Source of the DNA: Chiloscyllium plagiosum
Lineage: Eukaryota
DNA length: 64,000 bases
Assembly (NCBI RefSeq): GCF_004010195.1
Contig: NC_057718.1
Span: 15,869,309 to 15,933,308 of the forward strand
Reading direction: 5' to 3'
The position numbers and the translations under genes were made by a program. Of the stretch, positions 12,606 through 23,801 are shown piece by piece (position 1 is the stretch's first letter; each line of letters starts with the position of its first letter). The notes under the pieces are model-generated. The model was not told the DNA's origin. It ran no database searches and was given only the letters and a program-made list of their open reading frames with translations.

Positions 12606-13479
12606 TGTCAGACCCCAGACTGAAACAAGGCTTGATAAACTTTTTTTTTGGTTTTAAGGAAGTGCTCTTTCACTGAAACATTAGCATGCAATACTGCACT
12701 CAGTTTTAACAATAAAGCTGAAGTTTATCACACAGAATAAATAAAGCTAAAATAGAATAAACCAAACTCTTTACATGTTGCACCATTTAAACACTTGTAA
12801 AATACAATCTAATTAGTCCCAAAAGTAGTATTTTACTGTACTCATGTCAGAAAGATTTCTGTTTTGATATCCAAAAGGGTTAGCATAATGGTGGCATTAA
12901 TTCTCCATTTTGACAATCTGATAGCCTCTTCCGGGAGCCTTCATATAACTGAGTTTACACATTCTCAGCTTCAAATAACTCCTTCAGGGTTATAATCAAA
13001 CATTTCTGGTCTGGAACTTTCAAAATAAACTACTTATACTGAAGTAAGCTATTTATTAAAGGTTTCTAAATCATCTCCTTTTGTCAAGAGCAGCTGTTTT
13101 AAACAGTTGGCTTCAGCCAAGACTTCTGAAAAACTGCTAAACTAAACCCAAAAGCCTTATTTTTCAAGCTATGGGTGTTTCCCCTAACCAAAAAAAAACA
13201 ACACTATCTGATCTTCCAAGCTGAAAACCTAATACACAACTGTTTACTTTGGCCATTCTGAAAAACTTCCCAATACAAATAAATTCCTATTAGTCTCCTG
13301 AACTATCCATCTCAGACTGTTTTAAAATGAAATCATCATGGCCACAACCACAGAAATACCTACAAATTAATAATTACATTTTTTCAGTACAGAGACAACC
13401 CGTATGCCACTAGTTCAAAATTCAAAAATCCAAAAGAAATTGGATTGAAATATATATAAATCACACCTCTTACATCACA
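12606..13479. mobile_element. Possible solo LTR
   Basis: TG...CA termini (TGTCA...TCACA) and LTR-like composition. No convincing TSD. Confidence 0.25.
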
Positions 13480-14227
13480 GCTGTGCTTCAAGCAGTTGAT
13501 TGGCTGACCAGAGCTGGGCAGGTAGTGTCAGCCTACCAAATTGTGTTGGGTATTTGATCTTCAGTAGAAACATTTCTTTAATTTCCTCATTCCTCTCATT
13601 GCCTTTTGTCATTGCTTTTCATCTCTGTTCTTGTACCGTCCAAAGCTACCTCAAAGATTTGCTGAAATAAACTGATACATTGTTGTGATTTACTGTGCTG
13701 GATTTCTACATTTATTATGTTTCTGGTTACATTAACATGGACTATCATTGCAGACATGCATTTCGCTTAGTCAGGGTCAGAGTTGTACAGCACGGAAACA
13801 GAACCTTCAGTCCAACTCGTCCATGCCGACCAGATAACATTTTCATTCTTGTCCAACACTTTCTGGAGCTGAATCATGTCATTGAGTTCAACTAGCATCA
13901 CTTGCCTTTGTAACACAAATTATTACGTGGAGAGAGATTGGAGTGGTGCAGTGACCCTGATAATTGTGTTGAATAGAGGTGGAACATTTTTGTACTCTTT
14001 CAGCATTCATTTAAGTAGGTCAGATGTTGAACCTTAATGCTTTACTGTTAACCTCACACTTAAAGCTACACTCAGATTGGGAGTAAGAATATTGACACTT
14101 GCTGCACAAATAGTCCACACGGTTTCACTGAGATTTGCCGTCAAGTATTAATTATGTGCCTCAAATTGGTGCTTAAGTTAAAGGATATTTTACAGGGGTG
14201 CCTGTCTGCCAATGTAGAGTAATTTAT

Positions 14228-14558
14228 CATAGAATTGCTACAGTATTAAAGCAGGCCATTCAGCCAATCGAGTCAACACTGACCTCCGAAGAGCATCCCA
14301 TCAGACACACTCTAGCCCTGTAACCCTGCATTTCCCAAGACTAATCCACCTAGCCTGCACATCCCTGGACACTATGGGCAATTTAGCATGGCCAATCCAC
14401 CTAACCTGCACATCTTTGGACTGTGGAAGGAAACGAGAGCATCCGGAAGATATCCACACAGACATGGGGAAAATATGCAGACTGCAAGCAGAATGGAATT
14501 GAATCCGGGTCCCTGGCACTTTGAGACAGCAGTGCTAATCATTGAACCACTGTGCCAC
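14228..14558 (-). mobile_element. Full-length HE1-type V-SINE
   Basis: tRNA-like head (A and B boxes), V-domain and LINE-derived tail; homologous to 9746-9958 and 36089-36436. Confidence 0.85.
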
Positions 14559-15459
14559 TCTGGGAATAATAGATATTAAATCTGAGAGTAACAGGCATTA
14601 ACAGTGAGGAGGAGGCTGTTTGACCCATCATGCCTCTGCTAGTTCTTCAAACAAGCGGTTGTGTGGAGTCCAACATTCCTGCTTTATTATCTGCAAATTT
14701 CTCATCATTAATTATCTGTGCAACTCCTTTTTATAATAATTATGGAATCAACTTTAACCACGCCTTCAGATAGAATGTTCTAGATAACAAATGGCGTCCT
14801 GTGCTTGAGAAAACTTTCATTGATTTGGCAGTCTTTATTTTGTGTGAATTTAGGTCCTGAGGGACATCAACATTCATAAAACATCTTTCACACAAGGAGA
14901 TGAGCAATGGTACCTTGCAAGAGTGTTATGAAGCAAAATTAAACATTGAGCTAAATATTACAATATTAGGGCAGAAGTCTAAAAGATTAATTTAAAGGGG
15001 TAGTAGGTGTTAAATTACAGAGGGAAATGGAGAGACAGAGAACTTAGGTGGGACATTCCAGAACTCAGATGTTAGTTTGCTGAAGACATCCTCACCAATG
15101 GAAAGGCAAATAAAGCTGGGATGGTAAAAAAGCTGGAATTAGAGGAACAGAGAGGTTTTGTGGGTTTTGAGTTTACATACAGAGGGAATAATGAGTTAGT
15201 GAAGGGAATTGGGATTTTATCCCAAAGGGTTAAATCAATAATACATGGGAATTGAAGTACCAGAGTTCCATTTTGATGAGTCAAACCAAAATACATCATT
15301 TGTTAGTATAATTGTTTTTTGTAGTTTGTGAGCTCGGGGGTTTATGGATGAACAGGATTTGAGTGAGTAAGGTCATAGGCAGGAGGGTTTTAGATGATCT
15401 CAAGTTTACGAATAGTAGAATGTGGGACACCATCCAGGAGTGTATTAAAATTTTAAAAA

Positions 15460-15785
15460 TTAATTTGTGAGATGAGAGTATCCCAGGCTAGGCAGTAGAG
15501 GGCAGCCAAGAGTCAACCATTTGCTGAGGGTTGGGAGTGGCACACAGACTCACAAGGCAAGGATGAGAGAGTTCATTTCCTTGTGGCCATGAGTGAGCTA
15601 GATCGTTTTTGTAACAATAGTGGTTATATAGTTGCTACTAGGCAGTTTTGCTGTACTAGGTCATTATTTGTTCCAGATTTTTATTGAATTCACCATCCTC
15701 TATGGTGGGACTTGAATCCCTGCCCCCAGATCAATACCTTGGAGTTCTGGATTACTAATCCAGTGATGTTACCACTACACCTCCA
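15460..15785 (-). mobile_element. tRNA-derived SINE of a second family, degenerate
   Basis: Minus-strand head GGTGTAGTGGTAACATCACTGGATTAGTAATCCAGA...GATTCAAGTCCC. The body is shared with 55995-56135. Confidence 0.55.
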
Positions 15786-16349
15786 CCTAATAATAAAATC
15801 TCGAGGTAACAAAGGCAACAAGGAAGGTTGCAGCAATATATGGAGTCCAGTGATGGTAAAGGGTTGAAAATCGATAGTCTTAATGATGAATATTTGGCCA
15901 GACACTCAATTCCAACTTTGTCATAACTTTGTTCATAAACTTTGCATCCTGTTAGCTTGATGTAGTTGGTAATATCGTTACTTCAGGATCAACAGGTTGT
16001 GAGAGTCAAATGCCAATGCAGCAATGATGTGTTGTGTGGTTTAAGGTGCTTTCCTGCAGTCAAGATGCGAAACATCTTCAGGTTATGCTACACGTTAATG
16101 TTACCATTCAAATGGAAAGGAGTTTCACTCAAGATATTGACTTACATTAATCTTCTTCTCAATGAACATGATCAATAACTGATACATTGGACAGCCACCT
16201 TCCTGGATTCTGCTTTGTAGCTGTTATGTTACAGTCACCATAATTCAACATTATTAATTGAATGACAAGCATTTTGAGATACTTCTGAGGAACATGATAA
16301 CAGATTATGCAAGTGCAAGTCTTAAAGGTCCACTGAACCAAAAAGATGT

Positions 16350-17320
16350 CTCGAGATACATTCAGGATGTTTCCTCATGTGGGGAATTCTAGAACAAGCT
16401 GTCATAGTTTTAGGATAGGGAGTAGGAGATTTAAAACAGAGATGAGAAATTAATTCTCTCAAAGGGTTGTGAATCTGTGGAATTCAGTGTGACGGATGCT
16501 GGGACACTGAGTAAATTTAAGGAGGAGGTGGACGGATTTTTAATTAGTAATGGGTTGAAGGGTAGTGGAGAATGGGCAGGAAAGTGGAAGGTGAGACCAA
16601 GATCAGCCATGATTGTATTGAATAATGGAATACGCTCAAGAGGCTGAATTGCCTACTCCTGCTTCTAGTTCTTCTGTTCTTGCATAAAATGACACATCTT
16701 CCTAATAAATTTTACAGTGGGTAATTGTTACCCATTGGACTTTCTCCAAGCACTGTTAAGCCAATGCTCATACAGATTAGAATTTTCCACAAGCAATGCC
16801 ATATGAGTTGCAATTTGTGACCATAAGACCACAAGTTGTGAGAGTGGAATTGGGTCATTCAGCCCATCAGATTCTCTAGACCATTTAATTAACTCATGAA
16901 TGGCAACAGATAACCCTCAACTCCACTTTCCTGCCTTTTCCCCATAATTCTTGATTCTCTTTCTGATTAAAAACCTGAGAAGTTTCACTTGGCTGATCCT
17001 GGAAATGAAAGGATTTTTTCTTATGAGAAAAGGATGAATAAGTTGGGTCTGTACTTATTGAATTTTAACAGAATGATTCTTAGGAGACTTATCAAAGTAG
17101 AGTGGGAATATCTAGGACCAGAGGGCATAATTTCGGACTTTTAAAACAGCGATCAGGAGGAACTTTTTCTCTCAGAGAGTGATGTATCTGTGGAATTCTT
17201 TACCACGAGAGCTGTCAAGGCTGGGTCTTTAGTGTATTCAAGGCTAAAACAGACAGGTTTCTAGGCAGTAAAGCAATCGAAGGTTCTGGGGAAAAGGCAG
17301 GACAATGATTTGAGAGTCAT
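16350..17320. mobile_element. Cluster of CR1 3' fragments (16350-16682 +, 16820-16977 -, 16978-17320 +)
   Basis: Similarity to the CR1 tails at 38700-39020 and 44895-45300. Confidence 0.7.
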
Positions 17321-17994
17321 TCATTAACATCCATGAGCTCATTCATGGGATGTGGACAATGCTGGCGAGGTAATATGTTTCAGAATAATTAGACACATAG
17401 GATTATTTCTAAAAGCTGTGTCCAGTCTCTGCACATAGGCAAGGCATATGACTATTGCAAAATGGGGCAATTGTTGTGAGTTATGTTGATAATATTGACT
17501 TGCAACAGTACCTTTGTGCCATTAACAGTTGCATTTTGTCAATGTAATAAAGTGAACTTTTCTTTTAAATTATTCCTACCTACTGTGGAAATCCAGCACA
17601 AAGATGAGCTTAAAGAAAATAAACATCAACTTTTACAAAGACATGAAAAATAATCTTGATTTCACATGTAAACATAAAGAGCTGACAACCTGATCTTGCC
17701 TGTCAATCTGTATGTAGGAGAATCATCTCAACAGAAACTCTGCTGATTTTTATGCCATCTTTTATACTTCTGGAGTCTTTACATTCATGATTTAAACCAA
17801 GTATTGTCTCTAGATGGCAGCACAGCACACATTATAGAAAACAGATGATATGAATAGGTTTCTCATTGTATTGAATATTCATGTGGGCTGTGGAAGAGAG
17901 AGTTGTGGAACTATTAGAATATACATGAGAATGTGCATTCTAAATAGATTTTCTAAAAGTCCACTCACATAACTGTATTTATTTGAAACAATAG

Positions 17995-18447
17995 TGCTGT
18001 TTGACTATACTCTTGTCTCAGTGTCAGAAGGTTGGGAATTTGAGCCCCATTCAAAACACTTGAGCATATAATTTGGGTTTCCTCTGCAGAACCATAATGA
18101 GGGAGTGCTGCACAGTAGGAGGTGCTGTTTTCAAGGTAAAGCAATATTAGCCAAAATTCTGTCTGTCTCCAATTGATGTCAAAGGTCTCATGGTGTTCTT
18201 TCAAAGAAACATTTGAGAGTTCTCCTGAGTGTCCTGGTCAATATTTATTCCTCAGCCAACATCACATAAACCAGATTGTCTGGTTTTTATCATTTCGTTG
18301 CATGTGGAATCTTGGTGTGAAAACTGGTAATTGTTTTTCCTAGTCTACAACAGAGACTACACTTTGAAAGTGTTTCATTGACTGTGAAGCAACTTGGCAT
18401 GTTCTCTAACATCATAAAAAATACTATAGAAATGTGAATTATTTCTT
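17995..18447 (+). mobile_element. Deu-domain SINE (SacSINE1/AmnSINE1-related)
   Basis: Contains GAGTTCTCC..GTGTCCTGG.CAATATTTAT.CCTCA.CCAACATCAC and ACAACAG.GACTACACTT..AAAG...TTCATTG.CTGT.AAGC, recalled hallmarks of Deu-SINE body and tail. A second tail fragment lies at ~24695-24795. Confidence 0.7.
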
Positions 18448-19383
18448 ACAAAGATTTGAAAAAAAGACCCAAATGACCTGCTAACGTCATCCAAAATAAT
18501 AGTAGTGCCTGTGGATTTCTGTCCCTACAGGAGTTGGATCCTGGGAAACCTGGGGAGGGCAACAATGAGCAAAAAAAAGTTTACTTTTTTTATTTTAAAA
18601 AACCCAAAATATATTGTTTAAATAACCAGTGCTTTGCATTCAAATGATGTTTATATCAAAATATTTTCATACAATAAAATGTTTCCATTGGACAGAGTTA
18701 ACTAGATTGATGAGAATGGAAATGTTTGGAAAAATACATTTGTTAATGCAGGGTTAAAAGATTGGATTAGTTCCAGTACATATAGAGTATTTGTTTGAAC
18801 AAAGAGGGTCCCTCAGGCCTTTCTCTGGATGATGCCAATCATCTGTGTTGGTATGTTCACTTGATCTGTCTCTATCTAGTATAGTGTTCACCCATTGCTT
18901 TACTTTCTGCATGGACAAGAAATATTTGAATTCCATTTGTCATGGGAAATGTGAAGCTGGCTTTATTATTCCTGGGGCGACACACAAAGCCTATTAACCA
19001 CAAAACTAGTGGGATTCGGGATGAACACTGAGAATAAATGAGAAACTGACTGAAGAATAGAAAATGAGTACTCATTAGAGGTGTTATGTCAGCACAGGGA
19101 AGTTGAATAGGTGTCTCATTAAAGCCACAGTTGTTTCATAAGTTATAGAAATGGCTTGGTTCAGAAACCCAGTGCGATCTGGCTGAAATGGGAGAGGCAA
19201 CTCAAGAATTACAAGGGTAAATTAGATCAAAATGTAAGCAGGTAAAACAAATATAGATTAAATCTAAGCCAAAAAGATGTAAAATGCGGCACAAAAGAAG
19301 GAAAAATATCTTGTGCATGATGTTGAAGCTGAAAGGGGTCTAGAATTGGGATTAGATTTGACATTAAGCATATCCAACCAACC

Positions 19384-20063
19384 TGTAGTGATTGAAACCA
19401 GCTGGATTTTATTGACTATAAGATCCCTCATTGGGGCTGTTAACCTGGGCCTATCAGGGAGCCCTCACTGACAGATATAAACAGGAGATTCAGAGTGAAT
19501 CTTGGTTCTGCAATCACATGAAAGCTGCCACCTCACAAATGGGGCAGGAGCAAATCAAACCTGGTCCCTCAGAACAGCCAGACACTGTAGGAGTTCTCCC
19601 CCTCCATCAAGTGTCAAAGAACCCTGAGTATGAGATGGATCCAATTTTGATAGCATTGTCACTTGATGACAAGGAGGAAACTCGCCTAAGATGCCCTGGG
19701 TGCAAGCAATGGGTTACATTCCGGTACATGCCACCCATGTCCGAGTGAGAGTTTGAGCCACCAATCTTGGGGCAAAAATGTCTCAGGAGAAGCTACAGGA
19801 GAAAGAACAGACCTACATCCCAGGACTTGGGAGGGGGAGGAATGTATTGACTGGAATGGGGGCCAGATAGATTTCATTGACTATCAGATTCCTGATTGGG
19901 GCTGTTAACCTGGGTCAGTCAGGGAGTCCTGGCTGACAGATATAAACAGGAGATTGAGATCTAGGGATTGGCTTTGGGTTAGCTGATCAGTGCCCATGTA
20001 CTGTGAATGTGTAAATAAAGGGTGACTTGGTGATGGAATGCTGGCCTCTGTGCAGTTATTTCA
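19384..20063 (+). mobile_element. Internally deleted LTR retrotransposon (probably Gypsy-type), nested in an old CR1
   Basis: Direct repeats at 19411-19490 and 19876-19955, TG start at 19384, PPT GGGAGGGGGAGGAA at 19829-19842, and a 3' LTR at 19843-20063 with AATAAA and a CA end. Confidence 0.7.
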
Positions 20064-23000
20064 AATAGAATTTTGGGTAGAGTGTTGGAGCCTCTCTTTA
20101 GAATCTTTTCAAAGACTAATTGGATGCTACAATTTTGAGGATTTCTCTGTATGGTCTTTCTCATTTATAATTATCTTGTGACCCCACTCTGAAAGGCCAC
20201 CATGAGATGTGACATGACAACTTACAATCTAAAAGTTATCTTTTTGTCACTCTTATCATCCCCTTGAATTGCATAAAACATGGTGACATAGCAAAGCAAT
20301 TGATCAATTTACACTCACAAATATAGCATTTGTACCACTGAAAAGAGGATTATCAATTTTAAAATAAAGCTTGTTGAGCAATTCTCTTCAATTATATAAT
20401 TCAACTTCTGTTACATTCTGTAATAGGAAATTGATAAAACATGCCTCAGAGCGATGGTGAACTGAGCAAGCATCCAGATATAAACGCACAACATGGAAGT
20501 ATACACAAGATGAAACTAGAATTCTGCAGTGCTTGGGGAGGAATAAAGCATAATAGCAACATAAAGGTGAATCAGTATCGTGTCTTGCCTTGTGATTTCT
20601 CTTCTCTCTGAAGTGCAGAGTGACAGCATAATTTGTAGAAAAGCATCAATTATGACCAACAGGATTTTTGATTTTTTTAACTCATCTTAACTATCTACCT
20701 TCTTACAATATCTTTCTTTCTGAGAACTACACTTGTACTTTTATAAATATGCTACATCTTTCATTCTTAAACTTAAGCTCATCCAAATGTCTGCAATACA
20801 AGCAAAGGCATTGGCACAAGGTGAATTGCTTTTGCAGAGGGGAGGCACAGACAAGACAAGCTGAATAGTGTCCTTTTATATTATTCTGTGTAATACCATT
20901 CTATGGTTCTATGATATTCTAACTCGCATCAAATCCTACTCACCTATCACCTATGTACTTGATGTCTAAATTGGCTAAATGCATCAGTTTTAAAATACTC
21001 ATTATTGATTTTCAAACCTGTAGCTTTGGCATTCCTACAATTACAACCACTTGCCCTCATAATCTCTGTTCTCATTAAATTATTTTTGAGTTCTCACTCT
21101 ATCTTTAAGATACTCTTTAAAACTATTGGCCATTTATCCTGATATCTCCATATCAAACATTTGATATTGAGCAACATAATGTGCCAGTGAATTGCCTTGG
21201 AATATTTATTTATGTTAAAAATTATCTATAAGTGCAAGTTGCTCTTAGAATTGACTGCAAAAGATTCCAGTAGAACAGATTTAAATAGTAGCGCTATTTT
21301 GTTCTCATGAAGCAGTGAAGCTGCATATGACAGAGTATCACAATTATTCCACTAGGCCATATAAACACTGCACAGCTGGCAAAATAGCAGATCTAACATA
21401 GGAACACAGTTAGAAAGAGCTTCTTGCAGGGAGAAAACTTAATTTTGAAATTAAAGGTCCAGATTTCTATATGAAATATATACATGTCTGTGCGCCCACA
21501 GCTACACAATGCAACATATTTTCCCTGTCATTTTTGATAATGCCTCATGTCCCTGCTACATGCCAATTGAATGCAGTTGAACGGGACATGTCTGGAGGTT
21601 TCCAGGCTGGCATCATAATACCGATTCACTGTTGGTTACTAGGACCAGGTGAAGCTTCTAATATTTTAAATCTTCTCCTAGTGAGGAACAGGTCACGTAT
21701 TTTAGTGCTGTTACTTACATTCCAGACAGAGAATAGATAATGTACAGCAATGTGTCTGGGAACAATTAATGTCTGGAATCCATAAATTTTAACAAAAAAA
21801 TGCTCACCTATCTGGTTTTGGGCACTTTCTGTGACTTTCCTAATCCAGATTATAAAAATGCAATGACTAGGTTTGTTAATTATTTACTGAAAACTACTTA
21901 CCCGCTCCTCTTGAAGGTAATTCTTAATAAGTGCTTGCATTGGTTAGCGTAGAGTGGGTGACTATTCAGCTCTAGTGAGATTCACAGTCCATGCCTGATC
22001 TTACCTTCATTTAAAACATTTCCACTAAAGTCTCTGGAATTAGGGTGACACTGATTTTAAAACCTTTCCAAACCTGGATATGCTGCATTCAAATGTAATT
22101 TTCAGAAGCCAGACTAGGACCTTCTATTTCGAAGAGGTCCATTTACAGATTATATTTTTAACCAAACAGGAAAACTTCCATTCTTAAATGAGAGAATTAT
22201 TTAATTACCGAATTATTAGTAAATACTCTAACAGGTTAGAAGTCATGACATATTGACATTGCTGCTTCAATAGCAGAGTCTTAGTTTTTGTGGTGCTCTT
22301 GCCTTTAGTGTAAAAGGTGCTGATTCAATCCAGCAACCTACAGAATCATGGGCAAGTCATCTCACCCGAGCATGTAATGTTAAAAACATAACGTATCAAT
22401 TACTTTCTTTACACATATACATTCAATATTATTTGTTTTACATATAGTTTAGGTTTAAGTCCTAATTTTATCAGGTGGAAATCACACTTTAGCACTGTAC
22501 CAATTGTATGACTTCTTCACTGTTGTGCATTATCACAAAGCTTCCGTAGTTAACATCTGGTGAGTGAATTTGAAATAAAATCTCCTTTTGGAAGTATTCC
22601 AGTGTGGTCGATCACATCATAAACAGATATCTACAAAGAGTCACTTTTTTTTTCTCAGAATCATAAAATAGTTACAGTACAGAGGGAAGCCATTAGGCCC
22701 ATTGTGACCATGCTTGTTCTTTGTAAGAATTCTTTTTACAGCTTTACATTTTTGGAACATAGTTTGGACTTTTTCCCTACCCCAGTCTCTATTTATAGCA
22801 TACTTTATTGCCCACACATCCTCTTCCAGCTGGATAAGCAGGCTGATCTGGGCTTCGGACATCAACCCAAGCAACCACACTGTGATTGGCTGGCAGAAGG
22901 TGAAAGTCAAGCACAACAAACCAAAAGATGTCAGTGATCCATCTGGCAGACTGCCTGGGAGAATAAAAAAAACATGTTCAAGAAATGGAGTCAAATGAGA

Positions 23001-23161
23001 TTGAGTGACTGGCAGTTTGGGCAGAGTGTTTATGGTTTACACTTGAATAAATCTGACAAATTATTCCCCATTCCTACAGAGGGTTTAGTCTCAATACGAA
23101 ACCAATTGTATGAAGCTGCCATTTTTAGCATGGTCTGGCTACAATGGGTATATATTTATGT

Positions 23162-23801
23162 TGAAAATGTGTTGCTGGAACAGCGCAGCAGGTCAGGCAG
23201 CATCCAGGGAACAGGAGAATCGACGTTTCGGGCATAAGCCCTTCTTCAGGAATGAGGAAAGTGTGTCCAGCAGGCTAAGATAAAAGGTAGGGAGGAGGGA
23301 CTTAGGGGAGGGGCGTCGGAAATGTGATAGGTGGAAAGAGGTCAAGGTGAGGGTGATAGGTCAGACCGTTGTTTCGCTGTGGTCTGACGATGGAGGGGTC
23401 CAAAGACCTGCATATCCTTGGTGGAGTGGGAGGGGGAATTGAAATGTTGAGCCACAGGGTGGTTGGGTTGGTTGGTCCAGGTGTCCCAGAGGTGTTCTCT
23501 GAAACGCTCCGCAAATAGCTGGCCTGTCTCCCCAATATAGAGGAGGCCACATCGGGTGCAGAGGATGCAATAGATGATGTGTGTGGAGGTGCAGGTGAAT
23601 TTGTGGCAGATATGGAAGTTTCCTTTGGGGCCTTGGAGGGAGGTGAGGGGGGAGGTGTGGCCGCAAGTCTTGCACCTCCTGTGGTTGCAGGGGAAGGTGC
23701 CGGGAGTGGAGGTTGGGTTGGTGGGGCGTGTGGATCTGACGAGGGAGTCACGGAGGGAGTGGTCTTTACGGAATGCTGTTAGGAGAGGGGAGGGAAATAT
23801 A
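23162..23801 (-). mobile_element. Penelope-like element, 5'-truncated, with a GIY-YIG endonuclease fragment
   Basis: Manual minus-strand translation gives FTCTSTHIIYCILCTRCGLLYIGETG. Flanked by a 14-bp TSD GTATATATTTATGT (23148-23161 and 23802-23815). Internal deletion near 23368. Confidence 0.9.
23222..23249 (-). ncRNA. Minimal hammerhead ribozyme motif (PLE-type)
   Basis: Minus strand reads CTGAAGA-A-GGGC(TTAT)GCCC-GAAA-CG-TC, with a GUC cleavage triplet. Confidence 0.65.
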
